A DNA stretch of 63,760 nucleotides, the filler included, from Reclinomonas americana ATCC 50394 (lineage: Eukaryota), in NCBI GenBank assembly GCA_048213135.1. It is 20 parts of 20 records of this genome, joined end to end, with 100 filler letters (N's around TTAATTAATTAA, not from the genome) between each part and the next. Parts side by side here need not be neighbours in the genome. Positions count along the whole stretch, not along the records: positions 19,408 to 26,014 come from AFZH01019474.1; positions 26,115 to 27,268 come from AFZH01019475.1; positions 27,369 to 32,030 come from AFZH01019476.1; positions 32,131 to 37,429 come from AFZH01019478.1; 16 more parts are not named here. The stretch is one strand, 5' to 3'. The notes under the pieces are model-generated. The model did no database searches, was not told where the DNA came from, and was given only the letters and a program-made list of their open reading frames with translations. The translations under genes and the position numbers were made by a program. Positions 22,677 to 36,746 of the stretch are shown piece after piece (the stretch's first letter is position 1; the number at the start of each line of letters is the position of its first letter).

Positions 22677-25600
22677 TCATCTAAGGTCGACCTCGCCCAG
22701 GTCGGATTCTAGTTGCTCATCGCGCAGTTCGTCGTCCGTCACCATGGTCCACGAGGTGATGCGCAGACCGGAGCTCGGCACCTCCTCCGAGAGCATGGGA
22801 ATGTCGTCGGCGGTGAGTGACGACGGCGACATGGCCGCAGGCACCCGCACCGGTTTCACCGCATCCTCGTCCTGCTCATGCGGCGTGCCTTCTCTGCCGC
22901 CGCCACGCTCCTCCTCGTCTCCGGCCGCAGCACTGAGCGCAGCATCTTGATCCAATGCCGATGCTGCGGCGGCAGCGGCCGCAGCGGACGATTGGGCGTG
23001 CGACGGAGCCGCAACTGGTGCCGCTGGTGGTGGAGGCGGAGGCGGTGGTGGAGGAGCCAACTCGGCGCGCAGCTCGGCCAGTGGCTCGCAGCGGTCGAGA
23101 ATGCCCCAGGTAAGATCGCGGATTTCCTGCAGTGGAGAGGGGAGAGTCAACCAGCTTGTTTTTCTCTGTCGCAGCTGTACCGCATTCTCTCTCTCACCTC
23201 GCCAATGATGCTGTAGATATTTTGCGCGTCCATCACGCGCAAAATGTTTTTCAGCGTCTCCCGCACACCGTCGACCAGCATCTCGGTGCAGCTGCCGCGC
23301 GTGTACTTTTCCATGAAGCGCAACAGCTGTGTCCACAGCACGTGGAAGTCGCGACTGTGCGCCAGGACAGACAATTGACTGCGAGGGGAAAGGGGGAGAA
23401 GGGAGTTAGGAGAGAGTGAGAATATATGGAAGTCAAGTCGTCGTACACTGCCGCAGAGATCAGACTCGTGCAGAACTCGTCGATACCAAACGGCTCACAT
23501 ATTCCTCCTCATTCTACCTCTGCTCTTTTTTGCCAACTCTCATCCTGTTCGCTTCTGCTCAATTCTCTTTCTTCTGTTTTCTCTTCTCCTCCACCACAAA
23601 GAGGCACGACATATCACACGCGCTGCATCCGCACAAAATGCCTTCCTTACCAACAGTCCTTTCCACCTCTTCCTCTGTTCCGTCGTCTCTCCTCTTCTTC
23701 TGCTCTTGCTCATACACGCACCAGCATTCGCTGTGCACTTCAGATGCTGCTGAATAAAGTCGCGCTCCAACTTTCCTCTCCCTCACACTTTGCGTGTCCA
23801 CCAATTCCTTCTTTGTCCTACCTCCTCCCCCTTCCCCCTTCCCCCTTCCCTCTTTACCCCCTTCCCCCTTTACCTCCCCCTTCCCCCCCTCCTCCCCCCA
23901 TCGGCGCAACTGCAAGAACGTCTTGGAAATGACACTGACAGCACGCAGCCGCTCATCATCGGCCGTCCCAGCCGCCTTGTCAAACAGCGGGCTATCCAAA
24001 AAGTCCTCCATCAGCGGGAACAGAGTCTGCTGGAACACCGACATCCAGTCGGCGGCGCTGGGTGGCACAATCTTCAAGTGCATCGGTTGCAGCGCATTCG
24101 ACAGCGCAATGAGGCCGTGATGTCTGGCGTTGCGGTTGCGAATGGTGCACACGATGCGCAGGCCACGCAGCACGCACATCCACGTGTAGACCGACTTGAC
24201 GCCTGAGGGGAGGAAGAACGGGGTCTCAGTGCAAGGAAAGGAGTGAATGTGGTGCCGTGCTACGCAACGTTCGGCAATGTCGAGCATGAGGGCGAGGCAT
24301 TTGCGCACGGCGTCCGGCACGCCATGCATGCGGCACGCAAACTTGACCAGCGTGTCCAAACAGTCGCTGGCCAGCGTCTCGGCCGTGTTGGTCGGTGCAC
24401 CAGCCGCCACCGCCATCATCGGGTACTTTTCCACGCAGCGCAGCAAGTGGCCGCGCTCCACAATCAGGCCGACCACCTCCAACGCCGCCTGCTGTGCCGC
24501 CGGGTACATGGACAGATTCTTCCAGCACCGCAACACACAGCGCCACTCGCTCGGGTGCGCACTGCCAGGGCGATGAAGTGTGAGCACGGGTTACGCCAGA
24601 TGCACACAGATGCTTGAAGACGAAACTTTTCGCCCAACAAGCAGAGGGTGGAGGCCAGCTCGCGGAACGCCACCGCCAATCGCCCAGCAGCATAGGTGGT
24701 GTCCGGCTGACTCTGATACACCTCCGAGTACACGTTGCCGGGGACGCCTCGCGCGCTAGTCGGAGCCACCTGCTGAGCCGCAAAGTCGCCCGACGATCTG
24801 CCAGGCTCGCCCTCTGCCATATGGACAGGGTGAGAATCGGAAGGAGAGATGGTCGCGGAATGTCGACGCAAACATACCGGCTTTGTCCATCACCGCAAAG
24901 GCACGCGACAAGGAGGCACAGGCCACCAGGGCCAGTGAGGCACGGACACTGTCGCGCAAACTTGGATGCAGTTGCAATGCCGCCGCGGATTCTGCAAGCA
25001 CACACACACGATGAGGAAGGGAAAACCGTTGTTGACAAGGACGAACTGCAATTCACACATACCGCCCGGATTTACGCGCAACGGCGACACGAGTCGCAAG
25101 ACGCGTGTGCACAGTCGCAACAGACTGATGGCCACTCGCTCCACCAGCACAAATGGCACAGAAGTTTCCTCCAATGTGCCGCCCACAATCGTCACACGGT
25201 GTTCGCAGACCTCCTGTGATACGCACACAAATGGTGAGTGCGACACGCGGAGCATAGGAGACATTCGAGTGCACGCTCACCAAATACGACGTGGCCGGGG
25301 TGGTGACCAGTTGCTCGGGGCGCAAGCCAATAGCCCGCACCACCGTCGACGCCAAAAAGTCAAACACCATCTCCCACACGGTGAGGATGCGGTGCTCGTT
25401 CTCCAGCACAATGCGCGTCAGCAGCTCCACGCCAAACACAACCGTGTGCACGGTCGGACGCGCGCCGTCCTTCTCCGGCTGTAGTGACATGAGCATCGAC
25501 TTGACTAGGAACACCAGACTGTCGTCGGAGAGCATGCTGTGAAATGAACGAGGGCGGTAAGTAAAAACTACCCCAATCCATTCCGTGTGGACTTGACAAC

Positions 25601-28600
25601 CCCCACGAAACTGTGTGTTCTCGAGCCAATTCTGCAAGGCACATTCGCGCACAAAGGCCTCGAGACGCGAGTACGAGCGATCGTATGCAATTCGATGTTC
25701 CTCCGTGTCGGCAGCTCGGGCGCTGCTGAAGAACGAGAAAAACGAACCGATGCCGGAAGACGAGTCATCGCGAATCGGCCGAATCACGACTGAGGATGGG
25801 TGAGTGAGTGAGGTGATGCGATAGCGGAGGCAGGAATCGAGAGGTACGCACATGGTCGCATCACCCGGCGACTGTCGTCAGCACTGACATCGCGACACTC
25901 GAGCAACTCCACCGGCAGCACGCCGAGACGGTGGAGGCGGAGAATGATTTCCAGCACCTGCATCGCAATCCAATGTCAGCAGGTAGCAGATGAAGAGATG
26001 AGAGAGTTACATTANNNNNNNNNNNNNNNNNNNNNNNNNNNNNNNNNNNNNNNNNNNNTTAATTAATTAANNNNNNNNNNNNNNNNNNNNNNNNNNNNNN
26101 NNNNNNNNNNNNNNGTCGACATCGTGGGTGTGCTCGAGCACTGCAATGGAGTCAGTGAGTCATCAATAGACACAGGAGCACAGAGACGCAAAAAGAAAAG
26201 AGAGGGGAAAATTAACAAGTGGAAACTGTGTCAACGGAGGATGAGAAAAGTATGACAGAAGAAGAAGAGTGTGCGCATGAGAAAACGAAAGAATAAGTAG
26301 GAGTCAAGCAAGCACATTGCCCCTCCTCTTTCACTCGCCCACTCTCACTCTCTCTCTCTCTCTCTCACACACATTCGCCCACTCACTCATTCAACCTTGC
26401 TCATGTCTCTCTGTTCAATCGACAGTCACTCACTCGCCCACTCTCTCTTTCTCTCATTCCCTCTCTCTCTCCTCTCTCTCTCATTCCCTCTCCATGAGTA
26501 CGTCTGTCTCTCCCTCTCTCTCCCTTCCTCCCTTCCACCACCACTCACCATACGTGAGCGAGCTGACGGCCGGTCGCCAGGCTTGGGAGAACAAATTGCG
26601 AGCAAACGGCAAGTACCCATTCTCAGAAGCCTGCATGAACACACATTGTAAGCACACAACAAAAAACTCCTCCAATCAGCTTCACCAGTACACGCAACAT
26701 GACGCATGGCGGCCTCCACCACCGGGTCGCTGTGCGTAAAATTGCCAGCGTGGCAACACGCCTCCTCCACCAACTCGGCCCAGCGCGAGGCGTTGCGATG
26801 GCAATTCACGATGCGATCCTCGTTGGCAAACGCACGAGCCGACACCGACTCGAAGATGCGGCGCAACAGCGTCTCTGGCAGATCCACACCCTTGTTCACG
26901 CCGCGATTGTTTGACACGAATTCGTCGGCCGTCATGCGTTTCTGTGCACGCACACATACTCCTAAGAACGAGCTTCTTCTCTCTTGTACAAATCACGCGC
27001 AACGCACCCGCACTGACGGATTGTGCTGGTCCGTCTGCAACATCATAATGGAAAAGGCCATCACCACTGTCGTGTCGGTGGACGTGAACACGTGCCCGAA
27101 CGTCTCGTCTTCGGCGAAAACCTCCTTCTCGCCGTGATGGTGAATGAGATGTGGCGGGCGTGCTGTTCCTGCAACGCCGCCGGCACCTCCGCCTCCCTGT
27201 GCAACTCCCCCTGCTGCACCAGCACCACCAGCGCCACCGGCAGCACCACTGCCACCGACGCTGGCCGCNNNNNNNNNNNNNNNNNNNNNNNNNNNNNNNN
27301 NNNNNNNNNNNNTTAATTAATTAANNNNNNNNNNNNNNNNNNNNNNNNNNNNNNNNNNNNNNNNNNNNCCCTTCAAAGTGCAACAACTGCTTCCCACTGC
27401 CCGCATCCCACACGCGAATGGTCTTGTCGAGACTCGTGGTCACCAGGAAGCGATGATCGCGCGAGAAGGTGGCACTCGTCACACGATCCGTGTGGCCCTT
27501 TAGCGTAAAGGCCAGCGCCGCTACTGGCTCCTCGGGTGCCGCCTTGGCCGCCGTCTCGTCGGCACACCGCCAGACACGCACGGCCTCGTCGGAGGAGCCG
27601 GCGCAGCACATGCGACCGTCCGAGGCGATGGAGACGCAGGTTGTCCGGCTGCCAGCGGGGCCACAGTTGAAGGTCTGCAGGCACGTCTGCGACTCCACGT
27701 CCCACAGTTTGGCCGAGGAGTCGAGGGAGCCGGAGATGACGCGGCGGCCGTCCACCGTGATGCACACACTGGAGAAGGGGGAAGATTGAGGGAAGGGTGG
27801 AAGGGGAACGAGGAAAGGGGGAAGATTGAGGGAAAGCGAGAAAGAAAGAATGAAAAGAAAGGGAAAGAGAGAAAGGGAAAGGGAGAAAGGGAAAGGGAAA
27901 GTGAAACGAGGGGAAGGAAAGGGAGGAGAGGAAAAGGAGAGAGAAAGTGGAAAGAGAAACGAGACAGGTGAAGGAAGGCGAGCTGAGATGACTCGAAATG
28001 GTGAGAAACGGACGAGAATTCTCGTCGACCTCGCGGTTCGATGCTCTCGACACGAGACGAGTGGGGACAAGAAAGTGAAAACGGGAATTCTGTTGAAGAA
28101 GCTTAGCGAGGACAAGAAAATTGAGGAAAGAGGCAATCGACGGACTTGTAGTCTACGAAGCGAGAAGCATGCTGCTCGCGAAATGAGACGAGTAGAGGGA
28201 CAGGAATGAGAGAAAACGGGACTCATCGTTGGAGGAGCTCGCTCTTCGTTGCAAATGAGAGACAAAGAGAGGCAAATGGAGGAATGAGAGAGATGGAAAG
28301 GACTTGTCATTGAGGAGACAAGAAGCATTCCGCTTGCAGACTGCTCGCCCCATTGAATGAGAAGGGAGGGCAGAAATTAGCGAAAACGGGACCTCTCGTT
28401 GAAGAAACATGACTATACGCTCCAAATGTGAAGAGAGAATAGGGATATAGTAGCAAGAAACATCCTGCTCACAGATCGCTCTCACCCTTGCATGAGAAGG
28501 GTGGGGACAGCAATAAGTGAGTTGGGTCTTCTCAGCGAAGAAAAGCTCTTCCTTCTTCTCTATCTGCGATCAGAGAGAAATGGATGGCCGACATCTTTTG

Positions 28601-31600
28601 AATCATGCAGCGTATTCTCTTGCCCACTTATCCCTCTGCCTGTCACTCTTCGCCTCCCCCCTCTCACCTCGTAACGCTCGCCGTGTGACCACGCAGAATC
28701 GCCAACGACTCCCCCGTCAGCAGGTCCCACAGCCGCACACTCTTGTCGACACCGCCCGTGACGGCCACCGTACCCGCAGTGGCCAACGACGTAATGTCAT
28801 TGGTGTGGCCGGTGACAATGCGCACACACTCCGTGTCCGCCACACCACCGTCGTCACGCAGCCGCACACACCACAGCCGCACCGAGCTGTCGCTGCTGGC
28901 CGAGGCGAGCCAGTAGTTTTTCGAGTTGGGAGCAGCGGCCACCGAGGCATCCTCCTCTGGTACACCGCGCACAAACACCACCGCTGTGACGCGATCACCG
29001 TGACCCTCCAGCACGGCCGCACACTCGGTGGCTCCCGCCGCCGCCCACACACGAATAGTGCGATCGCGGCTGCCGGACGCCACGCACCGTCCGTCTGGCG
29101 AGTACGCCACCGATGTCACGCAATCGGTGTGGCCCGACAGCGTGCGCAGGCACGTCGGCACCTCCAGCAACTCCACATCGGAGAGACTGCTCGAGGAGGC
29201 GCCGCCACCACCCACCACTCCCGTCAGAGACCACACGCGCAGTGTGTTGTCCACCGATCCCGACACGATGAGCGACGAGTTGGGCGAGAAGGCGGAGCAG
29301 GTGACACCGGCGCCGCCGCCATTCTGCTGCACGTACATGCGAGCGAACGAGGTGACCACGTGATCCACGCGCTGTGCCTCGCCGGGGCAGAAGAAGCTGC
29401 GCCAATGGGGGAAAGTGTCAAGGAGAGAGAGTGCGATAAAGAAAGGGCGACGATTATGAGTGTACCTGGTGATGAACTTGCGCAGCGCCTCGTCGATGCG
29501 CAGGTTGGCAAAGTTGAACGACTTGAGGTACTCCTCCAGCACCGACACGTTAAAGTCGCCAGGTCGCGAAATGTACTCGCCCACCAAGTGCGGATTGAGA
29601 CCGCGCGCTTGCAGGAGGAATTGCGTGACCTCAGAGGGAAGCGGTGGGGTGCTGATAAGCCGGTGCTCCTGCAGGTACGCCACGCCATACTCGGGCTTGC
29701 GCGGTTCGCGGTTGAATTCTTGCACGGCGGCCTTGATCATGGCCTTGCGATGACTGGCAGCAGTCAGGTGATCCGAGGCCTGTAGTGTCCCGGTGCACGA
29801 TAAGCTCAACATCGATGAGAGAGAAATATGATGTGCATTGCACCTCACGATCCACAGCCGTGTCGACCAGCGGGCGGTGCTCGTCAATACTTTCCACCAG
29901 CTTCAACAGTGCATCGAGAGCCGACAAATTGAGGGAGGTCAGCTGCTGATGTGTTGGAACAACGACCTGTATGACACGGGCGCAGGTAAGCGGTCGTGGT
30001 GAAGGAGAATAACAATCAGGCATCGCACCTTGAAGAGATCACGCATGAGCAGTTCGAGCACCGATTCGGAGCGCAGCGCGCAGTCGAACTGGGCGTACAG
30101 GTAGGCGGGAACCAGCGGGTGGGAGAGCAAGTCGCCGACGGCGTCGATGAAGAGTTCGGCGGCTTCGGGTGAGCGGACTCCGATGCCGGAGACTGGGTTG
30201 GAGCTCTGCGAAGGGAAAGGGAGGAAAGGGGAATAAAGGGGAAGGACAAATGTGAGCACAAACGAAGAAGAATGAGGGTGAGAGGACCAGCGAGAGAAGA
30301 GAGAAGAGGTAAAACATGCAGTCGTGCACAAGGTGACTGAAGAGCTAATCGGATCTCCTTTGCCCCACAAACCTTGCCACCCAAATCACTCGAATTGACG
30401 GCATCGCGCGACAACTGCGTGAAGATCGGCAAGTCACCGCCTCCCAGATACGTGTTGACCATGATGGCCTCGACTTGCGGCTGGAGTGACTGGTTGAGCA
30501 CCGGCACGGTGACGATCAAGTGCGCGGTGCGCAGCGCCAGCCACAGCAGGCCCAGTTGCGCCAACTCCTCCACGTCCTTCATCACGCCGAGACAGAGGCG
30601 ATCGGCAATCACCTGCTGAATGGTCTTCGGCAGACGCAGTGTGGTTGGGTCGGGGGCCAGCGCCGCCGACGATGCAATGGCCTCCAGCGCCGTGTTGGCC
30701 AGCGAGAGGCCGAGTGCGCGTGTGACGGTGGAGTTGCCGTCGGCCGAGTCGGGGTCGCACAGCGACGCCACAAACTCCAGTACGTAGGCCGCCGTCTCCG
30801 AGGTGGATGGTACATCCTGCGACCGGGGGCAATATGTGAGAAAACAAGGAGAGACAAAGCGAGAGAGGTCGACACGCACACTCACCACTTCTTCGTCGTC
30901 GCTGCCGTCGCATTGCACGCGGCGGAAGATCGACGAAATCATCTCCAGCAGGAACATATCCGAGGTACGCTTCAGCAGATCCGTGGCGCGACTGTGGCGC
31001 CCGATCTTGTACGACGTGTGCACGACGTCAAAGAGGTAGTCGCTGTCGAGCAAGGCGCCGAGGTCGGAGCGCACGAGGGAGTTGAGCACTTGGAGGATCT
31101 TCATCAGCACGATCTCGTCGGATTCGTAGTCGGCCATCTCGAACTGGCAGTGCGTGACGGCGTCGCCAATGGCGTTGGCGGCTTCGCGGAGGAGGCGGCG
31201 GCGTTGACGGAGGGAGGGGTCGTCGCCTGTGGGGAGGGTGAAGGGGAACGGGGGAAGGATGAGTATGAGGGGAAAAAGTGAGGATGGGTGAGGGGGAGGG
31301 AGAATGCAAGGTCACTGTAGGGCAAGGGGTAAGTGGGCGGAGAGAATGGCGGGAACCGGGGGAGGACGAGAAAGATAGAGAATGTGAGGGTGAGAGTGAG
31401 GTGTAAGGTCGGAACGAGGAGGGGAGAGGGCGAGGGTGAGGGGAGAGGAAGGGGAAAAGGGAAGCAAGGAATGAGAGAAGGAAGGTGGATCGGTCCAAAG
31501 GTGAGATGGATACTGAGAGAGACAAACAATGAAGACGATCAGGAACAGAATCAGCATGAGAAGAGAGCCGTGATTCATGTACGTGCGTTGGCCATGTTCC

Positions 31601-31920
31601 CAAGCTGTGCTATGAAACGCAACATCGTGGCTGTGGCGGTACCAGCAGGAGCGGATGCGACACAAAGCGGTGAATCGCCGACAAGCTCACGCCCGTCACA
31701 GGTCCCGAAGTGATGTTCGAGCGTACCACGGCCAGGAACGGTTGCAGGAGCTCCAGCAGGGGGATTGATCGCCATTCTGTGCAAGCGAGAAGGTGTGAGT
31801 GTGCACAACAGAGGTGAAGCAATGGATGACGGACAAACCGCGCGATGACAGCAGGCGGCTGCGTAGGATGCGAAGTCCCTGTACCAGCTCGTTCTCTGAT
31901 CGCAGAGAGACCTCGCGACG
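22677..31920 (-). CDS. GBF1: GBF1/GNOM-type large ARF guanine nucleotide exchange factor (DCB-HUS-Sec7-HDS) with a WD40 insertion in Sec7; possible ATG at 32143 beyond the gap
   Basis: DCB LLQPFLAVVRSNITSGPVTGVSLSAIHRF and DAVTHCQFE..SDEIVLMKILQVL; HUS LYAQFDC; Sec7 EFNREP..VGEYIS..IDEALRKFITSFFCPGEAQRVD and AFSIMMLQTDQHNPSVRKRMTADEFVSNNRGVN; HDS LFSQAWRPAVSSL, ELLTRIVLENEHRI, LVERVAISLLRL, ETLKNILRVM. Confidence 0.93.
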
Positions 31921-32607
31921 CTGTATTGGGTGTGGGAAGTGAGGAGTAGATGAATTGAGGGGGGGAGAAAAGAAGGACGATTGGTGAGGAAAGAAATTTA
32001 AGGAAAGAAGAAGAAAGAAGCAGAGACAGGNNNNNNNNNNNNNNNNNNNNNNNNNNNNNNNNNNNNNNNNNNNNTTAATTAATTAANNNNNNNNNNNNNN
32101 NNNNNNNNNNNNNNNNNNNNNNNNNNNNNNTCTCGCGCTGCATGGAGGAGGAGAGAAGGAGGAGGCTGTCGTCAGTCTCTCTCGCTCGCTTGCGTGCTTG
32201 CTCGTCTGTCGCGCGCTGTTAGTCTGCGCGCGTGCTCTTGAATGACCGTTGCGGGACAAATGCGGGACACGACGTTGCACGGTTCGAGCTCGGTTGCTGA
32301 CGAAGACCTCCTCGTTGTCTACAAACGTTAGGAGCCCTGGGCGCGAGGGTAAAGTGTCGAAAGGAACGGCAAAACGCGGTGCGCAGCGCCTTGCAAGAGT
32401 CATCCAGAGAATACTGCTGTCTTTTTGACACTCACATGCACGGGACTTACTGGTGCATCCACTCCTCCAAGGCTGGACCGGCTGGAGCGGAAGCAGCGTC
32501 GCCTCGAAGAGCTTTAACGGAGCATGACTTCTCTCGTGACACGATGCGAAACTGAAGTGGGACAATGAGCCACACCCAGTGTGTGTGTTTGCGTGAGTGA
32601 GTGTGTA

Positions 32608-34839
32608 ATGCTCGTTCGCTTGCTGTGCAACCGTCTCGTTGTGGCGCGGTCTCCGACAATGCGACTCAGTTCCGTGTGTGTCCCCTTGCACGTTTTCTCT
32701 TCTGTGCATCGCTTCCTCACTTTGACGACCACAAACAACAGAGTCGGCTTTCACTCCTGCTGTGCGTGCTGTCCATGCGAACGCCGTGGCTCCACCTGGC
32801 GCGGAAACCGGCTTGTTGTGTGCGTGCGTGTGGACAGGTACTGTTTTATTTTTACATAAGGCTTATCGATCTTTCAGCTGTGTGCCCTCAACCTCGACGC
32901 GCTCGCTGTGTTCCCAGTCGTGGGAACGTTAGCTGCTGTTGCCACGACTGTCATTGGGACGTCGACATATTGGATCGAGAGAGGAAAGGATGAACGAGAT
33001 CAGGAACGACATGAACGTGACCTGGAGCGCCTGGAACGTGAACGGGTGATTGCGACGCAGGCGGCAGAGAAGCACCAGCGTGAGAACGTTGCCCCGCTTC
33101 GAGTGTTCATCGACGGCAAAATGGATCCTCCTCTCGAAGTGCGTCATTCGTGAGCCTCTTAGTGGCATCTATTTCTCATCTGATCGCTCGTTAATTGCAG
33201 TATGCGGGACACTTGGTCGAGCTTCGAGACGAGGGTTTCTTCAATGTCATCATTGGTCAAGTGCTCAACGCCCACTACGTTAGTGCGGAGATGAACGATT
33301 CGATTTACGTCGTGGTTGGCGAGCACAGCTGTGGAAAGTCGACCATGATCCGCCACTACGCACAACAACTGAACGAGGGCAAGCTGCCGAAGCGAGAGCT
33401 TGTCCATCCGTCACCCAAGGCTGGCCACTCTGCGATGTTGAACCCGATGTGGCGAGTCACGACGATGAACTACGTCGTACAAGATCAATCGCGGAAGGGC
33501 GGGATCGTGTATGTGGGTCGCCCTGCCGCCTTCGTGAATGGAAATGGTATTGCATGTACTGCAGCCTCCGCAGTGGATTGCAATGTTTACCTCACGTGCT
33601 GCTTATCCAGAGGCAAGCAGCGAGAGAATGGGCCAGTGGCTGGCCAGACCGTTCTTGGCAGGCACAGAACGTCTCGGAGGTACGTTCGCTTGTCTGCTGA
33701 GTCGTCTGCTTTGCATCACACTTATCATATGCTCTGTCAGAGATCAAGAACGTCGAGGGGGCTGCGGCGTTCATCGCATCTGCTGCCAAAGAGTACAAGA
33801 AGCACGTCGGTGAACATACTCGGCCGGTGTTTGTGATTGATGGCGTCAACGAGATCAACGGCGAAGTTAGTGCCATGTTCCACGACTCGCTGGAATTGCT
33901 GCCTGACTTGTGGGTTGCAGGCCATGTCTCTGTTCATGAGCTTCTTGAAGATCATCAACGACTCAGTTCAGATCGTGCTGGTGTTGAGCGGACGCCGCAC
34001 GCTGCCGTTGCTGAGTTGCACCTGCGTGTAATGCGTTCACTTGCCGTGAATTTGATGGGCTAACCAGTGAGATCTTGACAGTGAAGTATGCGGGAGGGGA
34101 AAAAGATCGCCTTCACGAGCGCGAGTGGCCTGACTTGACGCAGGAAGATTGCATGGAGGTTCTTGAGCTCTTCAGTCCGAAGATGTCGCCGAAGGCTCGA
34201 CAGTTTGTGGCGGATGTGGCGGGCGATAACATGGGTCTGGTCAGGCGCATTGCTGTTCGTTTCAATAACCGGCAGAGGGAGGACGGTGAGATTTGTGCTG
34301 ATTTGTCTCTTGTCAGATTTGAGTGAGAGGGGTTTCATGACGGTGTGCTGCACACAGGTGATGAGGTGGAGCATGTCTCGTGGGTTGTTCGCGAAGTGTT
34401 GCAGAGTGAGATCGCCGCATCGCGTCTCAATGGTACTGACCTGTTGCACGCACCGTATGGTTGGCTTCTCGCGAAGGCGCTGTGCGATGAGTGCAACAAG
34501 AAGAGCAACCAGAACAAGTCAGCCGGTGGCACACCCGGTGGACGGGAGAGGATCCCGCTGGCATCTCTCCCAAGTGATATGGTCGCAGAAGATCTTATTC
34601 CACAGTGGATGACTGAGCTTGGCGAGCTCCAAGGCGACCGAGTCGATGCTGTCTTTGAGGCGCTGACGCACAGCAGCACTGGACGCGTTTTCAAGCAAGT
34701 TGACGGTCGAGTGCAACTACACTCTCGTGCCATGCGACATTTTCTGTGTGGCGACAAGGAGCTGCTGCAGATGTACGCGCACACGCGGCAGGCTTTGATC
34801 GGGGGCGGAAGCGGTATGCTTGAACGCTGCGTCCAGTAG
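32608..34839 (+). CDS. Membrane-anchored P-loop (archaeal-ATPase/AAA-like) protein with mitochondrial-type presequence
   Basis: MLVRLLCNRLVVARSPTMRL|KSAFTPAVRAVH; hydrophobic VVGTLAAVATTVIGTSTYW; Walker A YVVVGEHSCGKST; GGIVYV; AAKEYKKH..PVFVIDGVN (Walker B); TAG at 34837-34839. Some internal splice sites uncertain. Confidence 0.7.
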
Positions 34840-35805
34840 TTGCCACATGTTGTATGCATGTTGTGTGTTTGAGATGCATGTGATTATTAACTCTGAATGT
34901 GAGCAGAGAAGGCGCGCGATATGAGGGGGGACACCAAAGTGACTGCGCGCCGCGTCATGGTTGGAATCCGACAGCCACAGGCAATTGAGATTGAGCCGGC
35001 GGCAGGCACAGGAGGAGCATACACCTTGACGCTCTAGGCTGAGTGTCTGTTGCAATATACGCAGCCGAGTGCTGGTGGAAGATGTACGATGCCCGCAGAG
35101 AGAGAGAGAGGAAGGGGGAGCGGGGGAGGGGGTGGTATGACATATATGTCTCTGGCACTACGATATCTTGTCAGAGATGTTGCACACGCGGAAGTACAAA
35201 TTCTTGTTGGCGATCACTGGTAGATGCTCATTGTTGTGATGAACCAGTGAAGTTCTATTTTTTATAGATGTATTCATGACTAGTCGCCACAATTGCAACA
35301 GAGGAAGTGACCTTGCACGAGAACTCAGTGACTCCAAAGTACACAGCGAGGCAGTCCTCTACACTGAGATAGTTCCACAATATTTGTTGCCAGCAGAGGG
35401 AAACCAGTTAGCACAGCTGAAACCAGACATTGTGGCTGTGACTCGAGCGCGTGCAGGAATAAGGAGGTCCAGTTTGTTTATTTTTTCTCTGCATCGTTGG
35501 CCTATCAGGGCAATCTCTCCCACTCGACGAGAAAAAGGGAGGATTTTGGATCCACGGTAAGGGTTGGAGGTGCGTGGTTGCAAGATGCAACAACGGTGCA
35601 GCAAGCGAGCGAAATAGAGAGAAGAGTGAGATGCGGACGCATTGCGAGCGACCAATTGCATGCGCGCGCAACAGACCAGGCTCTCGTCACCTGAACTCAT
35701 CCTCGCAAAACGGCACCACCCCAACCGCCACCTCCAGGGCCGGACGGGATGGCAGCGAGAGATGGCGAGGCCACCCAATCAGGCTCTCGCCACTCGTCAT
35801 CCGCT

Positions 35806-36510
35806 TCACACCTCGTCAGCCAGTCGCCGCTGCGCTTCTTCAACGCACGGCCATCGCAGATTGAGGAACAGCTCCAACTTCTCGACACACCCAACACGTT
35901 CAGCCTCGAAAACCAGTTGGGGTCCTTCACCGACCAGCAGCCTGCTCAGCAGACCAGGCGCCTTCACAGTCTCCATGAACACCAGCTCACGGCGATAGTC
36001 TTTCAGCATGTCGAAGAGAAGCAGGTTGAAGACGGAGGTGGTGTCTTGCGCGGCTGTGATGGTGACAGTGGGCTCGAGCCAGCACTTGCCTGTGGTTCCG
36101 ATGAGTGGCGACACAAACACAGTGGTGAGGCGCAGTCGTTCTAATCACCAATTGCTTGCATCAGCTTGGTGGTGAGTGTCGATATCATGGCTAGTGCTGC
36201 CTGGCTGTCCGGATCTGGCCAGCTGTGCACTCGGTCGCGCGCTGCAGGAGGAGAGAGACAGGGAGAGAGAGACAGGGAGAGAGAGACAGGGAGAGAGAGA
36301 CAGGGAGAGAGAGACAGGGAGAGAGAGAGAGAGAGAGAGCTGTGTGATGAACAAAGTCTGTTTGATCCTGCTTCTCTCTCTCTCGCTGTGCGTGTTGTGC
36401 GACCATTCTGAGAGCACCATTCGACTGCTACATCGTGACTCACCAGCGGTGCTGGCGTCCATCAGCGATTCCAGCACCTCATGAACGGAGACAGTCACCG
36501 AAGACATCTG
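35806..36510 (-). CDS. Hypothetical spliced protein (boundaries uncertain)
   Basis: Coding-like exons (VSVHEVLESLMDAS; SQAALAMISTLTTKLMQAI; FNLLLFDMLKDYRRELVFMETV) separated by CT-microsatellite introns. Confidence 0.35.
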
Positions 36511-36746
36511 AGAGAAGCAGGCAGATGAGGGCGAGCGCTTTGCACTACATAGACACACGCATACACACGCACGCCACACACCCCTGCTCCGGAGATCGAT
36601 TGTGTAAAGTGCGAGTGGGACAAGTGAGGAATGCTTGCTTGTGGCGAGGCGGCAGAAGCTGCCAGTGCTTTCCGCTAACAATCGTGAGCGCGTACTTCTC
36701 TTTCACATGCCTACAACACGAACTGGCTCAAACAAAGAAAATGATA

